A stretch of 64,000 nt of DNA from assembly GCA_973895155.1 (NCBI GenBank), contig OZ316896.1, positions 20,386,754-20,450,753 on the forward strand. The letters are read 5' to 3'. The notes beneath the pieces are model-generated. The model ran no database searches. It had not been told where the DNA came from and saw only the letters and a list, made by a program, of their open reading frames with translations. Position numbers and translations under genes: made by a program. Positions 22,662 to 36,749 of this stretch are shown in pieces (the stretch's first letter is position 1; each line of letters starts with the position of its first letter). Source of the stretch: Marsupella aquatica (Eukaryota; Plantae; Marchantiophyta).

Positions 22662-25005
22662 ATGTCAGACGTGGAGATCGAGGGCGTGGTGTTAGTGATT
22701 GGGGGATCAGGCTACCTGGGCCTTCATCTTCTGCACTATTTTGTCACCAGCACGAGATTTCGCCTTGCCTTCACTTACAGTAAAAGCGACTCCCCTCCGC
22801 CCGCTCCGTTCTTGAAAAATGTTCCATCCTTCCGTGTCGATCTGCGCACAGGTGCCGGTCTCAGCGACATTTCCGACGATCTTGGGCCGGTAAGACATTT
22901 TCCCTTTTCATCTGCCCTCGTGTTTCCAGATTTTGTGCTCGTGTTCCTCTTTAGTTTGAATGAAGAGGGACCCGAGGCTGCTAGAGTGGGACATTGCTCG
23001 CCGCTTTTCAGCTCGCTTTTTAGCTCGAGAGACCAATCGCGAAAGCTTCTGCTGAAAGATGCTGCGACGGATCTCATTATGCGGGCTTCTGTCGTAACGC
23101 ACTGGCCATTAGATCTCTTTTACCTTGGTGGGGGAGGTACTACGGGCTGCACATTGATGGCGGTGAGAGTTGTGCAGCATTTGCAATTTCGGTGAATTGT
23201 TGTTGCGGATCAAGGTCGATCCTCAGCAGTTGTATATCTATGGCTGTTTGAATGTTGGGATAGTTTGTGGGAGGATAGGTTTTCTGATTTTTAATGGTTT
23301 GCCGGGTCTCGCCGTCATTTCCCCTCAAGTTGGGTGTCAGGCATCTCTTGGAAATAGAGTTTTGACATCTTGGACGTCAGTGCTCGAAGGGAATAAACGG
23401 ATCTTACTAACCTGCTGAGCTCGTGAGATGAAATTCGAACCAGTGTTGAGCTCGCGGCAACTGTCTTACTAAAGGAACGCTTCTTGGTTGGCCCAGCCGT
23501 CTGCTGTTGTGAATTGTGCAGCAATCGCAATTCCCAGGGAGTGTGAAGAGAATCCCGAGCTAGCTGACGGTGTCAATGTGCCACGATCTATCGTTCACTG
23601 GCTGAAATCATTCGCTCACAACAAGCCTCTGCTCATTCACCTTTCCACTGATCAAGGTTTACTTCCTTCTCCCTCGTGTTCTTCCCATGTACATGTTTTC
23701 AGCCTCGTTTGACACTCGCATGTGTTGTTTTACAAGAAATAAATCACTATAGCGAGTGGATGAACGATATGATGGAGTTTGCCGTTCTATAGATGTTAGC
23801 AGTTTTGGCTTCTGCGACTAAATATGGGTCTCTTCAGGATGTTACGGAAATCAATACAACCAATGTCTTGCATAGAAGATTTTCGTATGGATGTCAATTG
23901 CTATCGGCCGATTCGGTGGGTTTTCCAAACACTCGCGCGGCTTAAATTTAGGCTAGTCATAAGCGTTTTGTGTTTGTGATTCACAGTGTATGCGGGCACC
24001 AAGTCGTTTTACAAAGAAGAGGACGAAACCAAGCCTGTCAACGTTTACGGTAAAACCAAAGTGGATGCTGAGAAACATATTCGAGCTAATTGGCCTAATT
24101 ATGCCATCCTACGGAGCAGCATCATATATGGACCTCAGCCAGCTTTTCCAGTTCCCAAAACACTTCCAATTCAGGTGAATATGACTACAGCTCTTGCTTC
24201 CTTGGCGTTTGTAATTATTCACCATGTCCGTCTTTTGCAGATGTTTTACTTAACTCGTCCTTGTGACATGTGCAGTGGATCGATTCCACTCTGGCATCTG
24301 GCACGAAGACGGATTTCTTCTCTGATGAGTTCAGATGTCCTGTCTATGTCAAAGACGTTGTCAAGGTGGTTGTGCTTATAATGATCAGCTCACTGGCAGG
24401 TTTCAATCGATCCTTTCACCCTGCTTTTCCCATAGTATGCCTCCAATGCTCTATATCACTTCACACATAAATCCCCTTGCCACTAATTTCTTCTGCTACT
24501 AGTTCATAGAAGTTGAGGTTCACTTTTCTCACCTGCTCAGCCTTTCTTGGTCATTTCTGCTCACACTTTGTTCATATTGAAGAGGGGGGTTTTGCACAGT
24601 TATTGCTAAACGTTGGTGGTCCAGACCGGTTGTCTCGAGCTGGCATGGCTGAAGTGGTAGCTCAAGTTAGGGGACACGACTTGACTCTAATAAATCATGT
24701 TTCGGCATCAACGGTAACATTTCTTAAGACTTGCCTTCTCTTTCTTGGAGATCATGTTTCGGTGTCTGATGTGCCTGCTTATTCAGAAGACAGTTGATTT
24801 TCTTGTTTGTCAATCTACTAGACGGTGAGCTCTATTCAGCATGGAGAGATTGACAAAAGTGTCCTCTCAACATGCTTCCTTCCAGGTGAATCGAGGTGTT
24901 AAAAGCCCCCCTGACATTTCCATGAACATCTCCAAAGTCAAGGCTCTACTCGGCATTAACATGACAAGTTTTTCTGACGGAGTAAAGGAAACGTTTGAGT
25001 TTTAA
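22662..25005 (+). CDS. RmlD-like NAD(P)-binding Rossmann protein (MAT2B/dTDP-4-dehydrorhamnose reductase-like); exons 22662-22889, 23497-23656, 23987-24174, 24276-24399, 24583-24713, 24886-25005
   Basis: GGSGYLG, VVNCAA, LIHLSTDQVY, PVNVYGKTK (YxxxK), LRSSIIYG, DEFRCPVYVKD, NVGGPDRLSR, SPPDISM. All introns are GT-AG and phases are consistent. Confidence 0.92.
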
Positions 25006-26104
25006 TGGTGCAAGTGCCAAAGACAACGTTGAGGTTATTGAGGAGGCAGATCTCCAGGATAATACGACGATCCCTGTTGATGACACTGGACTAGACGAGC
25101 GATGGTATCAGAACAATCAGACTTTGCAGTAGAAACTGATGACAGGGGTTTGAGCACAAGAAGGTACCATCTCCAAATCGGTTTGGATCTCCTTCCGCAG
25201 AGCTTCTCTCTCGACCCTCTATGCCATATTCACTTAAATTCCATCTTCCTTCCTACGATGAACGATGACAATACAGGACCCAAGTACCCTAAACCCAGCT
25301 AAATCTTCTAATTTGTTGTAGTCCCACAGAAGGAGAGGATCTAAAGTGCAAATGAAAAGACCTAATTCAAGCCTATTGACCAGCATGAGATGCTCTGCAA
25401 TGTCATGGAGGTGGGGAGGAGCATCACCTATCCTCTTGTGGACGTACCATGGAATAATTGGGGCAGAGTTGGTCGTTTTGGTAGAAATCTAGTAGGCCTT
25501 GACCTATCTGCTCTATTCCTAGTGTGATCGATAGTCAGAGATTATTCTGGTCCTCACTGATACGAATAAATCGGGTTACTAGAGCCACTCTCGGGTACCC
25601 GCATCCATGCAAGACTTGTTTTTGTTGTCAACGCGTGAGTGATAGCTACTTGCTATTTACATTACTTTGTATCGTCTGGGACTGCTGACAGATATTTCCT
25701 TATAATTGAAGGGACTTCATCAATTGTCAAAATCGAATTTCCTGATCTAGTCACAATCGGATTACCTGACCTTGGAGCATCCTGAGTGGCAACGCAATCG
25801 ATTTGACGATAGTTTGCTTGATGTCTTTTGGTGCTTTACTTTGAGATCTGGCAAATTTTATGAAGCATCTAAGAGGCACTTTATCGGATCTTCAGCTTTA
25901 CTCCTCAATTTGAAGTTCATGTCCGTACTCTATCGGGCGGGTCTGTCTGCAGAAGAGTATGCAGAGATTCGAAAAGAAATGAACTAAAATATAGAGCGAG
26001 GAAAAAAAATTGCTACCGCATAGATAAATGGGTTTCTCTCGAACCCCAATTTCATTGGCCAACTTTGACAAGGTCGGACTTGAAAATAGTCCTGTAGGAG
26101 AGCC

Positions 26105-26341
26105 CCATCATAGTGAAAAGCTGTTTGAGCCATCATAGTGAAAAGCTGGCCATCGCCTTCGGGCTCATCAGCACACTTCCTGGCTCTCCGCTCCGCATTT
26201 TTAGAAATCTTCGAGGTTGTGGTGACTCACACGCCCACTAAAATCCTAGCATAGATTGTTGGGCGAAGGATAATAGTCAGGGATGCCAATCGATTTCATC
26301 GCTTTGAAAATGATGGTTGTTCCAGTGGAGATTACTGGTGA
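26105..26341 (+). pseudogene. Isolated C-terminal DYW deaminase-domain fragment of a PLS-class PPR gene
   Basis: [33 protein letters not shown], then a frameshift and stop, then IVGRRIIVRDANRFHRFENDGCSSGDYW*. A 19-bp local duplication is at 26105 and 26130. No PPR repeats upstream. Confidence 0.9.
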
Positions 26342-27635
26342 TGTTGTGGCCCTCTGCCCTCCGCCCTCTGCCCTTGCCCTTGACCATATGAGATGAGCAA
26401 GCTAAGGGACAGATAAATGCACACCCAGGACATCAGAGCTCTCCACTTCGCCGCAGATTTATATCAAGAGGTTGTTTCCAGCTCAGGAACAACAGACGCC
26501 GAGCAATTAGAGCAAAGAGGCACCGTATTTTGTGCATATGGGATACTTGGGAAATTTGAAAGGGCCACCTTGGCTTATTAGTTTGAAAGCAAAGAAATTG
26601 GCTTCGTGATAAAATGTCCTTTGGTTTCAAGTAGAGTAACAATTGAAGAGTATCAGAAGCTGCAAGATCCAATCCTAAGTGGGATATTCTGAAGTATGTC
26701 TCTGGGATTCGCTTCTTATGAGTTTTTCTACTTGTTTCCAGAAATGTCCCTTTTACAGGTACGGGCTGACCTTTGTAGAGCCTCAGAAGTTGCAAGTCCC
26801 TTCATGTGCAGTTTCCCCATCGCATTCTCAAATGGAGCTGAGTTGTGGATTGACAGATTTCGTTGGGTGAGTGTTTTCATTTGTCGACAATTGTCACCAA
26901 CTCCATTACTCCTGATTCGACGGACTTGAAAATTTATGCGCCATCGCGACAGGGAAACTCTTCGTACTGTAATTGCGGACATAAGTTATCTAAGCTTTCC
27001 CGACAGCAGAAGATTGCTCGGCCCTGCATGGAGGCATGATTCGCCGTTACGCACAACTGAGGACAACCAATCCGAAAGAAAGTCCTACCGGACAGCGAGC
27101 ACTAACATTTGTTTTTGCCTCACAGGCTGCAGATCTATTTGTTCTCCCGTCTTCGCTTTGAATTGCTGCTCGGAGTCTCACGAGTATGACAGTCTCTTTA
27201 CAACGGATCTTCTAAAACCGAGCCTGTTCAATTGGAAAAGTTCTTACAAACTAGCATAAGCATATATGTGTGGAGTCATTACTCAATTTCCAACACGTAC
27301 CTCAATGGTGAAACAACATGTTCGGAGTTCCCTTTGATCTCTGGCTTTATTTCCCGTCCGGACCGATTCTACTCCATCGCTCATCCCGGTTTGAACTCTC
27401 TCCATTGGGACTTCAATGTTGGTCAAGAAGGAGAATCACTTGCTGCTAAGTACCTCAATCTTGAGCTCTTACATCAATGTCGAATCAAGATCCAAGTAGA
27501 AATCCAACTCCTGACGAAAACGGAAACCAAGGCAACAAGGTAGCCATGGTTGTGCTGTCTTTCCGCTTCTCTCGTATAGAAATCTTAAGGAGAGAAAGAT
27601 CCACAGTTACGACGAGGTGCCAGAAGCATTAAATC

Positions 27636-28640
27636 CTAATCACCGACATCGAAGCAGAGCTTGGCTTCATCCCAGGGCCCATTGATCTCGAACTTGTACT
27701 CTTGTATCTTGATGAGCCAGTAGGGGCAAACAACCGTGATGAACAGAATCACAATGACGAACACGGAGAAGGCAAGCCGGCTGACGGGAAAAATCAACAG
27801 CATCGTCACCACAATGAGAGTGCACGAAAACCCGAGATGGAAGTTAACCGATCGCCGCCTCATGCAATGCGTCACCAGCGGGAAGAGCAGAAAAAACTCC
27901 AACGAGAAGAGCATGATTGCGAACACTATGAGCCGGTTCGGCAGTCGCGACGCAATCAAAACCGACGCCACGATGGATGCGTTGAGGGAAACATTTGCGG
28001 AGAATGTGATCCCCGTGGCGGCCTTCCTCTTCACCGCTGCTGCTGCTGGTTGTATGATCTCTTGCGATATTCTTTGTGGAGTTCCCGGCGAACCCAACAA
28101 TACATCATCATCCACAACCTCCGGCTCCATTGTGGTAAAAGTGTAGTCGTGGAACAGGAGGTGGACCAGAAGTAAACACACAGTGGAGGTCCAGATCGAA
28201 TCAGAGCTTATGGCTCGAGTGAGCGTCTGGAAAATCGGTGCCAGGATATAGAGCGCTGCGACGAAGAGCGAGAAATTGAAGACGTGCCGTCGGAGAAATG
28301 AAGCGGAGAAAATGTCCTCCGTGGTGAAGACGAGCGTTGCGAAACCTAGAACCAGAACGAGTGCATCCAGCTGAAGGAGGATCCAGGAGTCGAGCACTCC
28401 GTTGAGGGCATGCGTCCACACCGTGCCTACCAATCCTACGACGCACACGTGCTGTGAAACTGCAATTGAATCTCGCATCACTGTCCAGGTTCGCCGTTTC
28501 CTTACGTTGGCGTTCATAACCATGTCTTCCAGGAACGACGAGTCTGTGTAGTTGTCCGCGAAACCGGGTTGTACTCCTCCGTAAAGAACCTTTTTCCATG
28601 GTCCTCCACCACACCCTCTGGTGTCCTGTGCACCCTCCAT
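27636..28640 (-). CDS. PIGC: Phosphatidylinositol N-acetylglucosaminyltransferase subunit C (GPI2), intronless, ~334 aa
   Basis: WKKVLY..QPGFADNYTDSSFL, LTRAISSDSIW, HLLFHDY, SLNASIVASVLIASRL, KIQEYKFEINGPWDEA. Multiple TM segments. First in-frame ATG at 28640. Confidence 0.95.
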   Translation of the reverse strand: MEGAQDTRGCGGGPWKKVLYGGVQPGFADNYTDSSFLEDMVMNANVRKRRTWTVMRDSIAVSQHVCVVGLVGTVWTHALNGVLDSWILLQLDALVLVLGFATLVFTTEDIFSASFLRRHVFNFSLFVAALYILAPIFQTLTRAISSDSIWTSTVCLLLVHLLFHDYTFTTMEPEVVDDDVLLGSPGTPQRISQEIIQPAAAAVKRKAATGITFSANVSLNASIVASVLIASRLPNRLIVFAIMLFSLEFFLLFPLVTHCMRRRSVNFHLGFSCTLIVVTMLLIFPVSRLAFSVFVIVILFITVVCPYWLIKIQEYKFEINGPWDEAKLCFDVGD

Positions 28641-30502
28641 CGCTGCAGTAACTGTGTCCGATGATTTTGGTTTTTGGGGAGGCGACAATAGTGGTACTCT
28701 GTTGGAGAAAGAAATCAATTCCAAACCCTCACGATGTTTCTCGAGATGAGTCCAAACCGAACTTTCAGTTGAGATTGCACGAAGATTGTCAAGATCTTAA
28801 ACCATTGCGAAGAACAGTACTTCAAATTTGAATTTCGTAGAGGGAAGCATACTGCCGTGGCCATCCATTCAACATCAGAGAAACCGCAGATCTTTCCACT
28901 AGTCATTTTGCCGCCCGGAGAGCCAGTGGTCGGAGACTGTCGTTATTGTGGTCCGTTTTCATTCTGTATGAAAGGTGACCCAATGCTTCGAACTACACTA
29001 ACTTTGAGAATGAACGAGATAAAACGTGATTGATTTTAACCGAACTGTAGTGAAGCAGACTTGTCGCTCTGCAATGTCGCGCGTGATAGTGCTGAACAGC
29101 CTTGTCCCGCGCTGCAGGGAAAAGAAAACGTGAAATCACATGTTTAAAATGAGTTCAAATATACCGTACATGTGCTCTACATCCACCGACTGAAGAGGAC
29201 TGGGGCAGAGAAAACAACTTCCGCTGATTTGGAATCATGGAGTTGAGTAGTTGAAAGTGGTTTTTCCTGGCTTTATGTTACTGCATTGATTCTCAGTGCC
29301 AGCAAACGAAAGATGTCCTGTTCGGTTTCATGCTGTCATCCCATGATTTGCGGAGCTCCATTTTGACGCTAGCGTTTCCATCTCCGCCGAATTCTTTGTG
29401 CCTGCCTTTCCCCTCGATGCCGATCGTGCACCGCACTGGAATTCTCGTGATGTCAACATTCTTCCTGGCTACTCCACTGGAAAGTCCATTCAACTCGACC
29501 ACTTGAGCCTCTTCGGACAATGTGACGAATGTCAAGAGATAACGAGATTTCCAGGCTTCCTTTCCCTTCCCTACACGCTAGATCTCAAGGTCAATCCTCG
29601 CTTTCTCAGCCCTACGATTAATAAGTTCCCTCCAATGGCTCTATTTCTCTTTGAATCCCAGCTTCGGTGTGGTCCTTTTGAAGTGTGCAATTCTTCTGCC
29701 GGCTTATCTCCTAAATGCACGCCCAATGATGCCCCTGTATCGGTTAAACAGGTGTTATCTTTTGAAAGGATGTTGACCAAAACCAGCACTTTAAAGATGT
29801 ACTCCGAAATTCCACATTCTAATCTGTTTGCACCTCGCGCGAGTCCGATGGTTCTTGATCGGCACACGCCAATGTATCTTCCTTCGTTCGGCCCTTTACT
29901 TGTATCCTTTGTGTAGCCGCTGTAAAGTTTCTTACTACTGAAACGGAAGGCATCCGCTGTCCCTGTGTCGAGACATGCTACTCTGTTGTCAATACATTCT
30001 CAAAATGTTTAGACGAGACGTTATAAGCACAAAAGTCGGGGACCGATTCAGGACAAAAACTTCGCGAGAAAAGTCCCGCAACAACAGTGGCTCCCCTTCT
30101 ATGCCTGAGCTTAAAAGTGGAATGACCTGGAAATGATGTACGGTGGAGAAAGGCTCAAACTGCAGCTTACATGCAGAACAGGGATTCAAATCTGATTTCC
30201 TGTGGTGGCCATTTAGCCCTTGTTTCCGGCGCTCTTCCTCGATACTTTGAATTGACTCATGCGAAGTGCTTTAGCACACGGATACTACATCGAGGAAACA
30301 TCCCTTGAAACGACGCCTCTGCCTACAAATCTACGCGCTACTTTCTGCACTTTCGACGTGAAGGTGAAGAAGGTGGAGGGACATTCTTGCTTCTCGTCTC
30401 ACGTTCCTCGAGTAGTGAGTACAATAGGAGCGTTGGCTGTCTGGCTGTCTGGCTGGCTTGCTCTTTCTCCCTCGCAATATTGGGAAACAGGTTCGTAGAA
30501 TC

Positions 30503-32609
30503 ATGAGAGCGGTGTTGCAGCGCGTTCTCTCTGCTCGAGTGGAGGTAAATTCTGTTACTTCTCGTCAAAATCTTCTCTGTCCATCCTCCCTCATGCTCCC
30601 TCGTGCACTCCTCCAAATAGTTCATTTCCTGAGGACTTACAGAGACACTCTCGTATTACGATGTTTCATGATCCATTCTCTGTTGTCAACCCGGTTGCTG
30701 TTGTCTTGAGCGTATGTGGATTGAAAATCTAGGGTGACACCGGACCCCACGTCAATATAAAAACCTTCTCATCACTCAGGTGCTTGATGGCGTTTAGGGA
30801 GCAATTATAGATGCGAGATTAGTGTTCTGTCAAAACTTCTTGCGCAGGTGGAGGGCCGTGTTGTATCCTCGATAGGGCCCGGTATCTTGGTGTTCGTAGG
30901 CCTCCTCGACACAGATACCGAAGCCGATGCCGACTACATGTAAGAATCTCCTCTGGACGCAACTGTCTCTCTTCCATCAAGCAAATTCACCAATTTTCTT
31001 TGATCAATGTACTCGGCGTTCCTAGTAGCGATTCAACTGACATTCTCGATATGGTGGCAAATGGCTGTTTCTCTCTTCATGAGGTTCTTTTGTAGACATA
31101 CACAATCCTCTCTTCTCCAGATTGAGCAGCAACAAATCAAGAGGGCTCTAGGTCATCACCTGAAAACTGACATGATTGTTTATGCAGTTGTAGAAAGATC
31201 TTGAACACTCGACTCTTTCCCAACGAGAAGACTGGCAAAGGGTGGGACCTCAGTGTAAGTGCTACTATCAAGTTTGTCTCTGTATAATTCAAGATCTCTC
31301 CACGTGAGCTTGATATCATGCCTCGCCTTCAATGATAAGCAAACGACCGTTTCTCGTAAAACATCCTTCGCGGTAGTGGATATCAGATTGTACCACTAGA
31401 TCTAAGGTTTCGAACTCTTCGTTTGTGGCAGGTCATGCAAAATTTTTATGAGGTGTTACTCGGTAAGATCCTCGTCTCAAATTTGTTGGCGTCTGTTTGA
31501 AAGCTCTCTGATGATACAACTTGATTTATACACGTGTTGCTAATAGCTACTTCATTTCCATTTGTCTCCGGCTCTTGTTTATGTCAGGTTCTGATCGGGT
31601 TTAGAATGTTCATAGTTCATCAGTCCTGTCTTGGCAGTTCTATACTTGTTGCATCTGTTTGCCATTGTCAAACCTGAAATCTGTCGCCTGCTCGTTTGAA
31701 TGTCACACGATGGTAAAAACTAAACCTAACACACATTCCATTCTTGGTTGTTGACTGACCTAGGAAAATTGTTGCAAGATGTCCGAAAGAAAGCTAATAC
31801 ACATTTCATTGTTGGTGGCTGACTGAAGTTAGTCAATTCACACTATACGGGCAGCTGAAAGGAAACAAACTAGATTTTCACGTAGCAATGCCACCTGAAC
31901 GGGCCAAGCCCTTTTATGAGTCAATAGTTCAACGTGTGTCGAATGCTTACAGAGCCGATGCTGTCAAAGGTCTGCTTTCTGGAAACTCAAATTTGTTGTC
32001 ATTTCTGCTGTTGTCAATATTTCAAGAATAAGAGACTTATCTCAAAACTAGTGTTTCAGTTCAATCCTGACCTTCAGGTCATCCCGTGCCAGTAGCCCCA
32101 ATTTGATGTCAGGAAACTACATCCTATCTGAAGAATTCTGGCCTGTTCATCCTGCTAATCTTCTTGTAGAATGAAAGACTAAGGTATTTTGACTTGGAAC
32201 ATAGGTCATATCAATCGAGTCATGAGGTGCAATGAATTCGACAAACACTCTAGCCTGGGACTGGAAGAGAAGTTCTGAGGTAGCTATCTTGAAAGCATGG
32301 ATGTGTGTATAGCCAAAGCATAAGCAGGAGTTTTCTGACTCTCTCGTGGCAATGTCTGTTATGTCCATATCAGATGGGGTATTTGGAGCAATGATGCAGG
32401 CAAGTTGTTCAAACTCTTGTCTTTGCCGTTGAGTGTTGACAATGCAATCTCTCTATTTCAAAACCTTGATTGTGTAGCTTGCAACTGTCCTTAGAGTATT
32501 TGCATTTGATCGCTTGCAGGTCCATTTGGTGAATGATGGACCCGTGACCATACAACTTGACACTCAAAAGACCAACGGGAAGGAAGCCAACCAGAGTAAT
32601 ATTGCTTGA
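30503..32609 (+). CDS. DTD1: D-aminoacyl-tRNA deacylase; exons 30503-30544, 30848-30939, 31188-31254, 31432-31462, 31829-31969, 32374-32399, 32520-32609
   Basis: MRAVLQRVLSARVEV, RKILNTRLFPNE, VSQFTLYG, DFHVAMPP, GVFGAMMQVHLVNDGPVT (SQFT and NxGPVT signatures). The last intron is GC-AG. Confidence 0.95.
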
Positions 32610-35600
32610 CATTCTGGTTCCTAAAATAGTTGGTCCTGTGAACCGTGTTCTCTGCCCATGGGCACAAATGAGAAAATTCAGTCTTTCTGATTGCATTCGA
32701 GATAGATATGGAAAGTGGTGGTGTTATCTGTGGCTAGCGCATCACCAGCTTCCTCCAATTTTGTCAAATCCTTTCGTGCTATTGTCAATCGAGAACACAG
32801 CCGCATATTGACCGATTCACTTGAAATTTGGCAATATAAATTTATAATGAGAGCCAATAATCAGAACTGAGTGAATTGAAAAACAGCCTTATGAGTTGGT
32901 TATTAGCCGAGTGAGAGTATTCCCAAGAAATGGAGTCCTGTGAATTTCGTTTTAGTTTAATTTAACAGATTTTATCAATGGTTCCCCACATATGAACGAA
33001 GAAAATGCGAAAATGACCTCTTAAGCTGGCAGAGGTCTGCAAACCCCTTCCTCCAGCAATTACTGACAAGCAAAAGATTTTAAGCAATCTTAGTCTTAGG
33101 AGGTGTGGTATCAATGTCTGTTGAGCTTCAGGGTACAGCTGATATGACTTTACACAATTCGTTCGCATATAGTTTATCGAAGTACTCGGACTTCTGTTCT
33201 GTTGAATAATGTGGAAGGGAATCACACTGCCATCAACAATACGATTCATACTCCCTGCTAGAGAAGACCCAAGCAGGGTCGTTAAAAATATTACTATAGC
33301 AACCAGTGCTGAATTCTTGTCACATATGATGGCCCCAGGTTCCCGTCAGGATGCAGGAGTGCAGGCAGGGTATCAGGTAGGTGAAGGCGCTGCATGGTCA
33401 AAACTATACAGGTTTGAGATGAATGGATCCAGGACAAAGATAGTCTGCACATCTTCCTTGTTGCAAAGTGTGCACACACTGCGTACACCTCGAGTGGCCA
33501 TCGCCAAAACTCCATATGGGGCTTCTGCTGTGAGTCTGTGGAAAAACTGGCCAATGAGTCACTATTGCAGCATGACACCTTGTAAGTTTTTTTGAAACAG
33601 CTATCAAGATTTCTTGCTGTTCCTCTATTAAGACTCGTATCATTGTCACAACTAAAAGCTGGCATTCTCTCCATGAGTTGGGTTCAATGTCGCTTGGTAA
33701 ATGTCTCGAAGAATTGACATGCTCTTTCAGGAACGCAGACCTCCCTGTCCACAAGACTCTTTATGGTGAGGATGATTGATTTTAGTAGCCTGGTGGCATT
33801 TTGCTTGCAACAGGTCCCTGTCATCAGGTAACAGCGTTTCTGGGGGCATTTTGCCTCATATAAAGTTTTTCAGGCTGTCGTGCCTGGAATTTAATTTCCT
33901 CCTCCTTTCCCAAAACTGCCCATGTGTTTGTCCAGGCCACCGTTTTTGGAAGTCAACATTTTGTGCTGGGCCCAAAGTTTTTGTGCCGCCCCTCATATAG
34001 GGGTCCCGGTAACTGCACATTAAAGTATGACATATACAACAGCACCCCATACCATGATAAATCTGGTTATTTTCTTTAAATCAATGAACGCACATTGTGT
34101 ATTATCCTATTTTGATGTGTGATTACCCGTAGGGTTCATATACTAGTTGAGGTTCTGCTTTTCCCAGGATGGTAATGGTCCCCAGTCACTTGAAGAAACT
34201 AGTTGGAAGTTAATTTACTCCCCATTTCCGGACACTGTGCACTTATTTCTCCAGCCTACCTTTTCTGGAATGTGAGAATTTTTGTGCTGGGCCCAAATGC
34301 TGCCCTCGTAGAGTAGATGGGCTTGCTTTTTCCAACGAAGGCAATGGTCCCTACTGTCATTTTAAGAAAGTAGTTGGGCTCCTGCTTTTTCCAAGCAAAA
34401 TAATAGTCCCCACCGTCATTTTAATTAAGAAAGTAATTGGGGTTTCCCCCTTTATTGGGGTTTTGGCCTTAGTTTGGGACCCTAAGCATCCCTGTTTTTT
34501 GTTCCTTGCAGTTCCATGTATATATGTTATGCACTATGTTGCAAGGCTAAAGGAACAATGCAGCGGCATATTTTAAAGGTCTTTCCTTCTTGGCCAGAGC
34601 CAATTAGAATATGCTGAGAATTTTTGTCCTCCAATTTTCTAGCATTAAATTTTGATGTTTGATCTCCCTGGATTTAAAGATTTAAGGATAACCATTGGAT
34701 TCTGGCTAATGAGTTTAAGGATAACCATTAGATTCTGGCTAAGGGGTATGTGACTACAAATATTAGAAACTGACTAACCAAGACAAGAAGCTCAAATGTT
34801 CATAGATTCAATTTTGATGTTTGATTTCCCCAGATTTTAAGGATGACCATTAGATTCTGTCTAATGGGTTTGTGACCACACATGTGAGAAAGTGGCTAAT
34901 CAAGATAACAAGCCTACCTAATTTTTGCCAAAATTGGCTAATAGTTAGGGGTGAAATTTGGCTTGCACTTAGAAAATAGGCTGCACTGCAAGTCTTCACT
35001 CCAATGTTTTGCACCCTTCTCCAGATTATTTGCTGAACTTTGTTCTTTTGTTGTTATGAAGGCCCAAAAGTCACCCCAGACTGTATCCTCTGATGTGCCT
35101 TGTCTCCTATGTATTGTTAAAAGTGATGTCAAAACAAGAATGCATACCTTATTATCATCAAGGATCAAGGAACAGTGTGCTTAACATGAACAAATAATTG
35201 ACATTTTTGTAATGGCCTAAAGGGCATCTGACTGCTATTTTTCTGTTTTTCACCCATCACAGATAAATCTTCTGGATTTTCATGCTCATTTTATTTGAGT
35301 GAAACATTCAAGCAGTGTTTCCTCTCACATTCACGCCGACTGCCCTCTGGGGCTTAGGTAGCATGAAATATGACAAGGACAAATAAATTACAAACTTCAT
35401 GGAGTTTAGTTTATAATTTGGAGGCTTCTGTCAGTACTTTACTAATGTGCCTGTAAGAGCTCCAAACGCTTCTCTTGACTATTTCATAGGTTTTTATAAC
35501 AGCAACAAAGAATTTGAATTGACCCGCACTACCAGACCTGGTTGTACTCCACGAATGAGAAGTTGAGCATTGAATTGAGGTGACAATATGTCTTTGAACA

Positions 35601-36749
35601 AAGAATACAATGTTTATTTTTATTTGAATCTAGAATTATAACGCCATTATTTTCTCTATTAATCCAGTTTACCTGAATGTACAGTTGAGAATTCAGTTGA
35701 ACTTCTTGCATTGTCCTCTCTCTTTTGTCATTTACTTCAGGGTTTACAATTATTTGCCCTTTCTTTTATTCACTATTCATTTTTCATAGAAATCTTAAAG
35801 TTAACACTCCTTTTCATCTAAAGAAGTTACTTTCATTTTTCATTTCTTTCACTCAAAGACAATTGAATTTGTTAGCCCATTTGTTCACAATCAAAATACT
35901 TCTAGACAGTTACATTTTTTGACAATTTTACCTTTCATGCTCGGACTCTGATGGCCGAAGGGTAGTGCTCAATCTATTGTGACCAAAAACCTTTGGTCAC
36001 GGGCCTTGTATTGGACATGGTGGCCCTTCAGTGTATCTCCATCCAAAGCAAAGCTGAGGGCTAGTTGCACACACTACAGTTAAAATTCCTGAGCCAATCG
36101 TATCAGGTCTGGAGATAAAGAAAAGGTGGCGGTGCACTTGCTCCACTCTTTTAGACCACCTCAAAGAGAAGGTCTAAGTGTTTGACAAAAAAACATACAC
36201 ACTTCAGGAGAAAAGGGACCCACAAGGGGCCCATGGGTAAATGAGTAGGAGTGGTATTTGTTTTGCATGAATGTGTCCCCAAGTTTATATAAAGTGAAGT
36301 GTGGCCAGCTCCCACATTTGAACTGCTAGGATTGCATCTCACATATGGAAAATAAAAAGGACTGTTTCCCCCAAGGTCTTGTAAAGCCCCCAACACCTTG
36401 CACGCCCTGAGTTCTTGTAAAGCTACAAAATACGTTACACTGTCGCTCTGTTCTTTTGCACCCAACTTGAGATGATATTGGAGGTGGCTCGATTAGCTGG
36501 CCTTTCTTGGCCCCTTTGTTGTCCCTCCTTGATTGGGTCTTTTGCATGAGGGATCATGTCTCCCCTTTGGGCACCCTTTGTTTTTGGCAGAAAGGTGGCT
36601 TGATTAGCTTAGATACAAAATACGCTGCATTGCATGTCTTCCCTCCATTCTTTGGCACCCATCTCGAGATGATGTTTGAGGTGGCTCGATCAGCTTAGCT
36701 AACGTAACCATTTCTGGTTTCTACTCCTGCTCCAAAACCTCTGCGGCCC

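Noticed and set aside
32960-34050. ORFs of 95-128 aa on both strands
   Set aside because: No recognisable domain; possibly a decayed fragment but unsupported.
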